NCBI GenBank assembly: GCA_009602725.1
Contig: WELB01000007.1
Location: forward strand, 1,072,336 to 1,136,335
Origin: Spirogloea muscicola
Lineage: Eukaryota
Length of the DNA stretch: 64,000 nucleotides
Reading direction: 5' to 3'
Shown here: one piece after another, positions 52,675 to 64,000 of the stretch
How positions within the stretch are numbered: position 1 is the first letter of the stretch
Layout of the letters: every line of letters begins with the position of its first letter
Notes under the pieces: generated by a model
Database searches by the model: none
Seen by the model: only the letters and a program-made list of their open reading frames with translations
What the model was told of the DNA's origin: nothing
Position numbers and translations under genes: made by a program

Positions 52675-55600
52675 TCACGACTCAAGGAAAAGGGGAGCCA
52701 TGACCAGTGTTATTGTGGAGAGCATCTTTATGAGCACGTGAAGCGAAGGGCCAGCCGTATCTTTAAATGGGTCGCCAACCCTGTCACACAGAAGTACAGA
52801 CAGCATGAAAGTGCCGCTATGCAGTAAGCAAAGTTGTCACAGCAAAATCCAAACGTCACATCAACGTCACATCAACATCACACCAAATGTCACACCAGAG
52901 GGCACATGCATATGTGCATAAGCAAGAGGTGCACAACTCACGTGTCTCCTGTGACCGCAGCTTTGTGAGCGTCGCTGCCCTTCCCACCAAGGTTGCCGGA
53001 TTCAATGAACTTTTTGGCATTGTCCCACGCACCTCCAGCCGTGTTCATAAAGAGTGCCATCAAGATGCCTGCCACAGTAGCAAACATGAGGAAGCTTGCG
53101 ACCGCCTTGGATCCCAGCAGGGGTTGCTCAGTCCATACTCCCAGGAACCGGAAGACCAGGCCTGCCGAAGAGCAAGCACCAATTGCAGCATCTCGTTAGA
53201 GGATTGATATAATTTTTGTGAACGCTCTACGAGTACAATTGATGGCATAGAGACAAGGTACAAGCTGAAGAATATCAATTGACTACTTAGTGCAGACTGG
53301 GTTGGAATACCGAGGATGATGGGCGCGCACACAGCCAATGCGCCTGGCTTGACCATTTCACGCAAAGCTGACTCCGCCACTATTGACACGCACTTTGCAT
53401 AGTCTGGCATTTCTTGATATGTCTGCACCGGTCACTATGCAGTCAGATATCAGGAAGCAACACATACAGAGCTTAAGCCTTTGTCAAAGCACGAAGGCTT
53501 CTGACCAATTTCACCGTGCTCCTAAGGACTGCAGTTGTGCTGCAAAACAAGGTACCTGCACATGGCAAGATTTCATCAAAGTATCAAGACTCATATACAT
53601 ACCATGATTCCAGGCCTTTCTATGAATTGACGACGGACTTCTTTGACAACCTCTTGCGCACTCCTGCCCACAGCTGTGCAAGCCCAAGCGCTGAAGACAA
53701 ATATAAGCGTAGCACCAAGCAGGCCAGCAATAAAGACCTCTGGCATGGCAATGTCGACCTGGAACAACCACACCACCCAGGACATGGGTCAGTGCTGCAG
53801 CACTCATGGTTGCAGTAGATGCAGCAGCTGCTGCAGAACACAGTCAGCAGGCCTTACAGAATTCTGCAAGCACCAGCACCAGCATGAGCACCACACAAAC
53901 AGGACTCTTCTACGGCAAGAAGGATCTGAGGTTGCCCCTTGTGAGGAAACATTACCTGCTTAAATGGTTGGCCAGAAAAAGCAGAAACCTCATCCATGTA
54001 GGCACTGAAGAGAAGAAAAGATGCCAAGGCGGCTGAACCGATTGCGAAACCCTTTGTTGTGGCTTTTGTGGTGTTACCAACTGCGTCTAAGAGGTCTGTA
54101 ATGTCGCGGACTCCCTCAGGCTGGCACGGATGGAATGACAGGCATGTTGAAAGGCGTCAATACCAACAATATGCAGCCCTGAGAGTCACAGTGCGCAATG
54201 TGAATTAGATTAAACTTTCCATTTTATGGGAGTGCCTCACAGTCACTTAAGGAGCCCGACATATTCAGATGTACAGACAAAGTAAGATTGCCTGAGCGGC
54301 CCCTGCTTTACCTGATTACTCATCTCCACTATGCCGCCAGCATTGTCAGCAATTGGGCCAAACACGTCCATGGTAAGGATGTATGCAGCTGTGCTCAGCA
54401 TCCCCATTGTAGCTACAGCTGTGCCAAAGAGACCACCTTGGGGATCGCCATTATCATCAACAAGACCAGAAGTGCGACCCAACCAGTAGGCTGATAGCAC
54501 TGCAATGCTGATGACGATCGCAGGAAGGCCAGTAGACTCCATGCCGAGACCAACACCAGCAATGATGTTCGTCCCATGCCCTGTCAAGCTTGCCTCGGCC
54601 ACAAGTCTGACGGGGCGATACTTGTAGTCTGTGTAGTATTGAGCAATCCACACGAAAAGGTATGCGGTGATAATGCCAACAAGACCACACAGAGCGAAAT
54701 GCAACCATGCCGACGGAGCCTGCTCACTGTACAGCAGCCACCTGCATGACTGGTGAGACCTGAAGGGCAATTAATTCCTGTACCATGCGGATGCTATGAG
54801 TGCTCAATGAAGGACTCCTCTTGCCCCTAAGTTTGGGTTAAGAAGGCAAGCTACAGACAAGTTAGACATGCCAAATGGGACAAGGAGCAATTTTTTGAAA
54901 AGTCAAGGACAATAGGTGACCACTGAGATGGTTGCTTCGAGTCTGCTTACTCCGGTGAAAGCAACCACTGCTAGTAGGAGGGTGATAGAATATCCCTTGA
55001 GAAGGACTGCCATAGGGTCTTCAACTGGGCTCTTCACACTTGCATCCCTGGTGCTCTTGATTGAGAGTATACCAGTAGCTGACACCACGAGGTCAAATGA
55101 GTGTACCACCAACGGGAAAAGAATGAAACCAGCCGGATCTGCGAGTTCCATAGAAGGCATATGCTCAACGTCAACATTCGTTAGTAAGAAACAGCAGCCA
55201 CCAATACGAACAAAGTCTTGAGAAAGGCTGAAACAAGCAGTTTCAGTAAGTACGTCAGAGTCTGCTCTGTGAGATAGCAGAACCACAACCGTTACATACA
55301 TTACATACATGCTCACGACTTGCTTTTGCACAACGGCAACCTGCTCTGAAGCTGTAATGATATAGACAACTCAGAGTACATATTGAGGCATCCTAGAAGA
55401 ATATTGAACAATTAGGTTGCAATGAACAGGACCTCACTTTCAAGCTTGCACTTGCGAGCCATAGTACCACCTAGTATCATTGCAGCTATTATCTCTGCAG
55501 CAATACTCTCAAAAAGGTCTGCTCCACGAGCTGAGCAATCTCCAACATTGTCTCCAACCTGGTTGCAATTGTTCACTAGATTAATGCTCAAAGCACATAA

Positions 55601-57795
55601 ATGATGACTAGCTGGCCGCAAAGGTTGTGTACTTTGGTAGCAATAAGGAAGTACTTGGTGATCAACAACCTTGCATGTATACGACATGGCACAATCGAGG
55701 TGCCCAATACCAAATCAGCAATCACTGCTGGGTTTCGAGGATCATCCTCTGGAATCCCTTGCTCAATCTTGCCGACAAGGTCTGCTCCCACATCAGCTGC
55801 CTTTGTATATATGCCACCGCCGACTTGAGCAAAGAGAGCTACAAATGATGCTCCGAAACCATAACCAACCAGCAGCAATGGTACTGCAAAACAGACGATG
55901 CATTGAGAGCTCAACCAGATACTTACGGCGGATGTCAGCAGCTTCTTGACAAATGCTGCATTGAGCAGGTAGACTCTTGCCAGCAGAAACATTCGATGCT
56001 TGCATACAAGTACTTGAAGTTGGAAGACTTACGGTCAGTGACCTTAAGACTACTCTGCAGATCGATACTGAAGACAGAGTGGAACGTAGAATAGAGAATG
56101 GCCACTCCAAGCACTGTCATGCCCACTGTCATAGTTGCAGAAAAGCCTCCCGCCCTCACAGCAACCTATAACAGAAGCATGCACATCAATAAATTTTCTC
56201 TCTTTGTTACAGCATACTGCCATGTACAACTTCGGCCAGAATAGACATGCTTGCACCCCCGCACTTGTGGCATTCCTGAGCACTTGGATTGAGCTGCCAA
56301 TGCACCAATGCTGTTAATGCTCCCAGCCTGACCAACTTTTCCAAACCTGGAGCGCCTCCCGGGCAGACCGTCGAGCTGCAGCTGCAACTCGAACATTCGC
56401 CCGTACAGAGACCCACATTCCCATGTACCCTGCAGCTCCTGAGCAAATCGCCCCCAACAAAAAGGACAAGACAGTGATGCATGCAAGAATTGACCTGCGC
56501 ATAGAGGCAGACAAACAATCTGTTGTGCACGTTATCGACACATATGCACATATCTCCTGTTTGAAAGATTGCTGAAAGAGAAATTGGATGCTTATGCCGC
56601 CGATTGAGTTGCCTGTGGTACAAGCAAGCTGAAGCGAACTCCTCTCATTGCTCTAATGGGTTTCATTGACGTGCTACACCATGCAACACCTAGAAGATGC
56701 AACTCTGTACAGGGTATATGGAGCTAAAGGACGTCTATACAAGAGACCCCCATCATGGGCAAATGGCCTTACTTCGAGAGACCTGCAGCTTCTTGATCAG
56801 GAGTGGCTTTTCGGAACATGTAGATCAGAAAAATAGTAACTGCCAGCAATGCAGCCATTTTGGAGATGGCGCCATACTGAGTGCGAAAGAAGCCCTCCGA
56901 GCCATCTCGTATTGCATCAGAAATCTGGTGAAGCAGAAAACACAACCATGCATTACATTGTCACGTGCGCCGCTGTAGGGTGGTCACAAGCTCGAGAGCC
57001 AACAAATTGCAGCTTGTAATGCAGCTTGTAAGCAGCCTGAGCTCACCAAATGTGCAGCAGTCTCAGCATGTGATTTGTGCAAGGTCCTCAGAGCAAGCTA
57101 AGCATGCAGGCGATAGGGCACTTAGTTGGGAGGAGAAGCTTTGACCAGCCTTACAGGTAACACAAGCACGAGCTTCCAGCTAGAAGGTTACAGCAATGAG
57201 GGCTGATATACCTGTGTCATTTCTGGTGGACCCTCGTCCTTGGATAGCACCCAGGTCTGCAGGTACCATGCAAAGAGCATACTGAAGATGCAGATGACAA
57301 AAACGAAGAGGACAATTGGTGACGTCTGAGAGCCCGTGTAGAGCATTGCCACAAACGCCGCCAGAGCTAGCATGTACCACAGGCGCTGGTCAACCCTCGA
57401 CAGTATGCGGAGGACCTGCAGAGCCATTTGCAGCAGGGTCTCAGCTGGCGACGATTGCACGCACCACGTTCTGCAATGGCTTTATATAGCTGTTTACAAA
57501 ATCTGCTCTCTCTTGAACATCAGCCCCAGCTAAGAACATCAGCCCCAGCTACAATAGGACTGATTATGACATTTCGGCAAACCTCATCCTGTATAAAATT
57601 AGGCAGCCAACTATTATGTAGTTGCACCATGACAAGGACAGAGGCATTTGCAAGCTGAAGCTGACGGTGCGGCCATACCCAAGGCGTCGTCGACTTGCCC
57701 CTGGCTGGATACACCTTGGCCTTGCCGGAGGAGCTGTAGGGGTCCATGATGCCCCCCTCGACATCCTTGACGGCGCCGTCGTCGAGGCCGCTCAT
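52675..57795 (-). CDS. VHP2: Type II (K+-independent) membrane H+-translocating pyrophosphatase, AVP2/VHP2-like
   Basis: [58 protein letters not shown] (Lys at the K+-dependence determinant) and [15 protein letters not shown]. Confidence 0.95.
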
Positions 57796-57961
57796 GGAGC
57801 TCTGCGAGGTGAGGTAGCGGCGGGCGACCTGGCTGCCCTCCCCGGCGCTTAGGTCCGCGGAGGACTTTGGGCGCTGAATGGTGGCAGGCGGGGGCGCGGC
57901 GGGCCGGCGCGCCGCACACGCTGAGCGTGTGCGCCGCGCCANCGGGCCATGTAGAGACGGG

Positions 57962-60900
57962 GAAGGCGCGCGCGGTGCGCATGAAAGGGAAGGGTGGCCA
58001 ACTCAAAGCCAACACTCCGCTCATTTAGCGAGGGGGACGGTGAGAACACTGAGGGCCCGCCGGAGAGGGGGGGGACGGGGGGGCTGCAGAGGGGGAAATC
58101 AATAAACGGTGGGGTTCCTGCAGGGTGGAGAAGCGGATAATGTGGACGACTGTGCCCGTCAACGCCGGCAACGGCCCCCCGACGCCGGCCTCGTCCGGCC
58201 GCCGTCCGGGCATTGTCCGGGTGGGCGGCGTAGAGGAAGGCGCGCGGTGCGCGTGATCGATGGAGTCGAGCCAGTGCATTGCTTGCTCCCTTTGGCTCTT
58301 TGGGCGCGCACTTCTCTTTGGGCCTTGTCCATTCTTTTTGGGCTGGCCTTTCCCAGCGCTTTGCAGCTTTTGCCCCCGTTGGGGAAGCCACTTCTTTCCC
58401 AGCGCTTTAGGCCCTCCATCATTTGGCCCCTTCGAACCTTTGTCAACTCTTTTCGGGCTGGCTTTTCACAGCCCTTGCCCCCGTTGGAAGAGCCACTTTT
58501 TCTCCCAGCCCCTATCTTCTGTGGTAGATTTCTCACACCTATTGCTCCTCTATGAAGCAAATAGCTCTTCCAATTTACGGCGATGGCTCTAAGAGGCCAG
58601 CGCAATGGCATGTTCAAGGACTGAAAGGGCCGAAAGGTGCAAAAAGCATGGAACTACTCTTGTGCAGAAGCTACTGCGATGAAGGGGGCTAAACGGAAGC
58701 GGAACACAATGCTAAGACATAGATTGCTCTATCTGTATAGCAACGACAAGGGGACGGCTCCTCTCCCCTTCTTTTCCCTTTTGCTTTTGGAGTGAGAAGA
58801 AGCAGCTCTTCCAAAGCACGCGCTCCGCATGATATGGAAGGAAGGCCAGCCAATACACTGTTCAAGTGCAAACCATGGGGCTAACAAAGCGAAGCCCCAC
58901 GCTAGGGAAGTACGAAGAACAACAAGCACAAAAAAGAAACGAAGCAGCTACGAAGCACTTAGTAACCCCTGCTAAGCAGCCTCAGGTCAGAGAGACTGGG
59001 TTCCTGGAAGCGGGTCCCCAGGCCAGAGCCAGAGGCAGCAGCGAGGGCTCTGCCTGCACGCAGATGCAGCGCGCGGGCCATAGACCTCTGCAGCGAGACG
59101 GCCAAGCGCATGCGGTACACCTGCGCCAGCGACCCTGCTGCATGGGAGTCCACCGGCTCCCCATGGAAGCGGCGGACAATGGCGTGACGTGAGAGCTGGT
59201 TGAGCAGCTCGAGCCACCGAGCGCCCAACGCCCCGTGCGTATCGATGGCGAGCGGGAAGAACTCGTCTTCCCGCGGGTGATCTGCGTATTTTTAGCTCCT
59301 TGGCCCGAGCGGCGCAGCCTACCGCATACCCAGCCTTAGTGGCACACTGGGTTGGGTGTGAGCGGTCATAGGAGTCAGTGGTCACACACTAGGGGGGGTG
59401 TAAGGAAGCAGGCGGAAAGCATGGCTGCAAGGGGGCTTTATTACGCACGAGAGAGCAAAAAAAAATTGGACAGGCTGACTTGGATAGCCAGATCACTTCT
59501 TAAATATTCAGTTCACACAACTCCATTCGACAGTACTTAGATATGTGTGTTTTAGCGCTTCTTGGCCCTTTCGGACCTCGTCAATGCTTGAAAGGTTCGG
59601 AGGGCCCAAAAAGCACGATGATTACTCTTTGTGACTTGTGCGAGTGGGCGCTGAAAAGGCTCTAGTCAGCAAGCTTCCACAGCCCTCGCACCTTTCGGAA
59701 GAGCTTACTTTCTCTTTCTTTTGGGCTGCCCCTCACAGCCATCGCCATATTCCGCAGAAGCCGTTTCATATGCCAGAGTCAGAAAAGGGGGCGATGTCTG
59801 TGAGAGGCCAGCAGCCGCCACGCAGCTGCGGGTGGCCCCTCCCACATACTCTCAGAGCACCTGCAGAAGCTCTTTGTGGAGAGGTACGAGACGGACTTCC
59901 AAGCACTGCAAGTATGCCAGCTGCAAGTATTGCTCAAGACAATGCCCTAGCGAGCACACACGAGGTGCTCTACACCAGTACTCTGCATGCCCTCAGCAAG
60001 CCGAACGGGGGAGCCCGGCCCATCTTTATCAGTAGATTGCTGCCCGCCTGTTGAGGCGCACCCTGTGGCAGGGGACAGCCCCAGATGCACCTGGCGCCTC
60101 ACCTCAAATGGCGCAGGCCTGCCGATAATCAGCACAGCTGTGGTGCAGGATTGCAGGGCACCCTGGACCTGCACCTATGGTGGCGGAGCAATTGTAGCGG
60201 GAGGCCTTCCCATCCACTGGCCTCTCCCAGCCACCGCCCTCTCTTGGAAGCGTCTCTCATCTTCCCATCCCTCCTGCCCAACTTATCTTTGGGCTGGCCT
60301 CTTATAGACCTTACTGAGATGACCTGTTTCTTCTTCTTCTTCTTCCGCCTTGGCTATGGCCAGCCCTGAGACCTACTTGGCAGACAGAGAGAGATGAGAT
60401 AGTTCCTGCCGTCGACTACCGAAGAAGGGAACTTAAGGGAATCCGCTGGCTTCTTCTTAGTGCTAGCCCACAACCGCACTACGAAGGCCACCGCTGCTGC
60501 ACACCCTGGCATCCCCGTGCCTACCTTAACCTATAATACCAATCTGGTCCGGAAGCCAGACAATGTCCTGTCCTCTTTCACCACTCTCCAGCAGCAGTTG
60601 GCACGCCGGTGCAAAGCAAGCAGTTGGGACCGGTGGATGGACATGGGGAGATTCATGCGGGAGCAGGACACAAGACCCAGAGGCACGGAGCTCGAAGGAG
60701 TGCTTGTACCCTGCTTGCGGCGCCGCTGGTCGGCTTTGGAGGCACACTGCGAGAGAATGCGCGCAGTGCAAATGAATTAGTAGGGTGGCCAAAGCAAGCC
60801 AGTATTGTAAGAAGAGAGTAGGCGCGCAGTGCGCATGAAACGAAAGGCAGGCCAAATTAGCCAACACACTGTTCAGGCAAAAGCTAGGGCAAAAAGTGGG

Positions 60901-61493
60901 GCTACATCAACGAAGCTCTATGCAAATGGGGGGAAGGTGCGCGGTGCGCACGATATGGAAGGGACGCCAATTCAAGCCATAACGTTGTTCAGGCACAAAT
61001 TAGTGCTAGGGGGGCTAAGGAAACAGTGTGAATGCAGGCTGAAGAGTAAGAAGCACAAGAACGTCGTCCACCGACGCCCAGAGCCGAAGGAGGTTGAGGC
61101 ACGGTACGCACAAAATGACGGACGGAGAAGTGCGCGCCCATAGAGAAGAGGGGCTGGCAAAGCCAGCCTAAAAAAGAATGGACAATGTCCAAAGCCAAAG
61201 AGGAGCCGGAAAAAGGACTACACTACAAAACACTGCAGAACACATAGACGATGCAGAGGGAAGCCCAGTACCCACGAGTGACCAACATCAGGTCTGAGTA
61301 GCTAGCTGCAAGGAAAGAGGCACTCCGCCGCGACCCAGAGGCGGCGGCCATAGCACGGCCTGCTCGCGTGTGGACGGCGTGGGCAAGGGAGCGTTGAAGC
61401 GATACGGTCAGGCGCATGCGGAAGACTTGGGCGAGCGAACCGGCGGCGTTGAAGCCGGGCATCGCACCTGGCAGACCCGGCCGCCGGACGGAG
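57962..61493. mobile_element. Cluster of CRE-like RLE retrotransposon remnants: RLE fragment (-, ~58816-59385), degenerate RT fragment (+, ~59960-60185), TSD-bounded copy (-, 61128-61484)
   Basis: AARAKELK/YADHPREDEFFPLAIDTHGALG..RMRLAVSLQRSMA..RGY* with one frameshift; LHALSKPNGGARPI and LQGTLDLH; 9-bp TSD CGGACGGAG at 61119-61127 and 61485-61493. Confidence 0.82.
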
Positions 61494-61821
61494 CGGGGCA
61501 ATGGTGCTCAGTCGAGGGTGCAACGGCCGCACGTTGCTCAAAGCCCCAGTTGCTGGCTAGTCTCTCGCCGCCTCCGTCTCCACCCCGGCGGTGGAGCCTC
61601 GCTCCCGCACGACGACCCACTCGTCGCCCCCATTGCGCGACGGAGCCCATCTTCTCACTCAGCGCCCGTCGGCAGGCTCCGCCACGGCCAGCCACCACCA
61701 GCCGAGGGCCTTCTGCCCCGTCCGCCGCCGCCCGCTGCCGCCGCGGCTGCTGCTCGCAAGCGCTGCCTGCTTGCCTGCGGCTCTCCTGCGGCGCGCCTCT
61801 GAGGCGGCGGGTGAGGCGCCG

Positions 61822-61861
<40 letters not shown>

Positions 61862-61894
61862 CAGAAGGGGGGGAGCTCTGTACCGGTTGCTGAG

Positions 61895-64000
61895 ATGGAG
61901 GTGCCTGAGGACGTTAGGCAGGAGGAGGAGGAGGAGGAGAGAGAGGGAGGAGCGGGAGACGAGGAGGAGGAGGAGGAGGAGGAGGAGGAGGAGGAGGAGG
62001 CGGACGAGGCGGAAGAGGAGGAGGATGGCGAGGGCGCGGAGGTGGTGATGGCCGCCGCCACGCCGCCGGTGGACGGCGACCACGCCGCGCTCGGCTACGA
62101 CTTCGCGGCCGACGAGGACCGCGACTCGGTAACGACGGCCGAGGCCTCCCCGGCCCACTGGCTTGCTGCGCCTAGGCGCCTCGGTTGAGAGCAGGGATGG
62201 CATGGCCGCCCTGAAGGAGCTCAGCTCCAAGGCTGGCTGTCAGTTGACAGTGGCAGTGTTCAATGGCCTCCTGGATTGGCGCAGGCGGTCAGCGAGCACG
62301 ACACGAACGCGGCGCAGGCCCGGCAGGGCAAGGACATCCAGGGCATCCCGTGGGAGAGCCTGCACTTCACGCGCGACAAGTACCGCGAGAACCGGCTCCA
62401 GCAGTACAAGAACTACGAGAACCTGGACCACTCCCACGACCAGCTCGAGCGAGTGGGCCACCTACCTTCCCGTCATGGCATGCGGCTCTCGTTTCCTTAG
62501 CACGTTCTTTGTGGGCCTTCTCTCGGTCCTTGTTGCTGCTCTGTGTCGCTGGCCTTGTCTTTGCTGCCGCTGCACCTTCGTCCACTGCTTGCCCAAGGGC
62601 TGGTCCTGCCCTCCAGTCCCTTGATACTCGCAATTGCCAGTAGCAGAGCATGCTTCGGTTGCGGTCATGACTCAGTGAGGGCGGTCTTTGTCCCACTTCA
62701 GGCTCCTGCTGATAGTGGTCTGCATCCTGTGCGGACGAGGGCTGAGCACCTGCTTTGGCCTTGATGTAATTGCAGGAGTGTAAACAAGTGCAGACAGGTG
62801 GCAAGTTCTACGATTTCCGTTACAACACGCGGTCGGTGAAGTCCACAATCGTCCACTTTCAGGTGAACAGCCTCTGACCATTGCAGAGCGTAGCACCAGA
62901 CCCCTTCTCTGGAAGCAGCCCCAGTTGTCAGCATTGCACAGATGAGAAATCCATGAGCTGTTGAGTCTGAGTAAGCCCTGGTCATTCGACCCCTACATAC
63001 AACCATTCTTATTTTCTTGTTGTCAAATTGTAGCTGCGCAACCTGGTATGGGCGACATCAAAGCACGACGTTTATGTCATGCATCAACACGTCATAAATC
63101 ATTGGTCACCAGTGAGCAGGAAATCCAAGGAAGTCCTCAATTTGGGCGGCACTGTTACACCCGCTCCTAACGTGAGTGTCATGCCTCGTCTGCGTGCCAA
63201 TAAACATTGTCTTTCTTGCAATCCAGGTCTGTTGTTCTTTAGCAGTATGACAGTCTGATTGCAGAGATTCTTCATGGAGTCATAGGCATTACCATTGTAA
63301 TTATGCAGGTAAGCATGCTAGTTCTTAACACTGTCTTACAATATCAACACCCTTAGACTACATACTGAAGGATGTCATAGCATTCTTTTGCTGCTTGCAG
63401 GCTGATAGGAGCCTTTGCCAGCAGAGGCTTGGTAAGGTGCAGATTAGTACCATGTGCGCACGACGAAACCTTCTGGTTGCTGGAGGGTTTCATGGAGAGA
63501 TGGTTTGCAAAGTATGTTCCAAGTTGCTCATCTTTGCAAGCTCATCATAACCTCTATGCCATGATCGACGAGCCTGCAGTCCTATGCTGCCTTCAGTGAT
63601 GACCAAAGTCTCTGTGATGACAATACTTTTGCAAGCCTCTACAAATTTCAAACTACTGACAAGTACACCCTTAACTTTGACTGGCAGAGGCTTGAGAGCC
63701 CAGGTGTCTCGTATTGCTCTAAGATTACGCATGACGAAAATGCTATCACAAATGCAATTGAGATTTTTGATTCTGTGAGGTAAGGATCCAGCTTAGAAGA
63801 AGGACCACTAAATGGCTGCAGCACTTGCGGCAACATATTGCCATGCTTGAGCAACATGTAAGCCCACATGATCATAACGTATTACACAGATTTTGTGGTC
63901 AAGTTGGGCAGACCTGCCTTTCACAGGTCAACTGTCTAACCACTGTATCAGGTGAGGCATGCACAATTAGGGATCTTCTTGTGACTAGTAGCTCAAGTGG
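61895..64000 (+). CDS. WD40-repeat protein (DUF2415-type), 3' partial, with poly-Glu N-terminus
   Basis: DTNAAQARQGKDIQGIPWE..TRDKYRENRL, NTRSVKSTIVHFQLRNLVWATSKHDVY and LVAGGFHGEMVCK. (GAG)n run at ~61921-62000. Confidence 0.85.

Noticed and set aside
52851..52896. About four copies of an 11-bp unit (AACGTCACATC-like) in the last VHP2 intron
   Set aside because: Ordinary short degenerate minisatellite.
62141..62150. Possible GC splice donor in WD40 exon 1
   Set aside because: A good in-phase GT donor (TCG|GTAACG, ~62129) explains the junction.

Overview
Gene-dense eukaryotic nuclear DNA from a green plant lineage. Land-plant-like proteins, short spliceosomal introns and compact spacing suggest a streptophyte alga, probably Zygnematophyceae-like; this taxonomy is inference. 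I can support about 18 protein-coding genes: pectin methylesterase, ZW10, patatin-like lipase, SpoU methyltransferase, UBTD-like, two mTERFs, VPS46/CHMP1, a small membrane protein, ADNT1, organellar CysRS, a DUF2358-like protein, BET3, RPS23, a kelch protein, BLOS2, type II H+-PPase and a WD40 protein. Most gene 5' ends are extremely GC/CpG-rich, and all assembly gaps fall there. The most notable non-genic signal is a family of non-LTR retrotransposons with a restriction-like endonuclease (RLE), resembling the CRE clade. They survive almost only as 5'-truncated 3' ends, some just 8-31 bp long, with CTT-type tails and 7-15 bp target-site duplications (TSDs). They pile up and nest only in DNA upstream of genes, and one subfamily's 3' terminus sits in sense orientation about 100-330 bp before the ATG of four housekeeping genes. 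Gene spans were read by eye; internal exon limits are approximate and no database searches were run.
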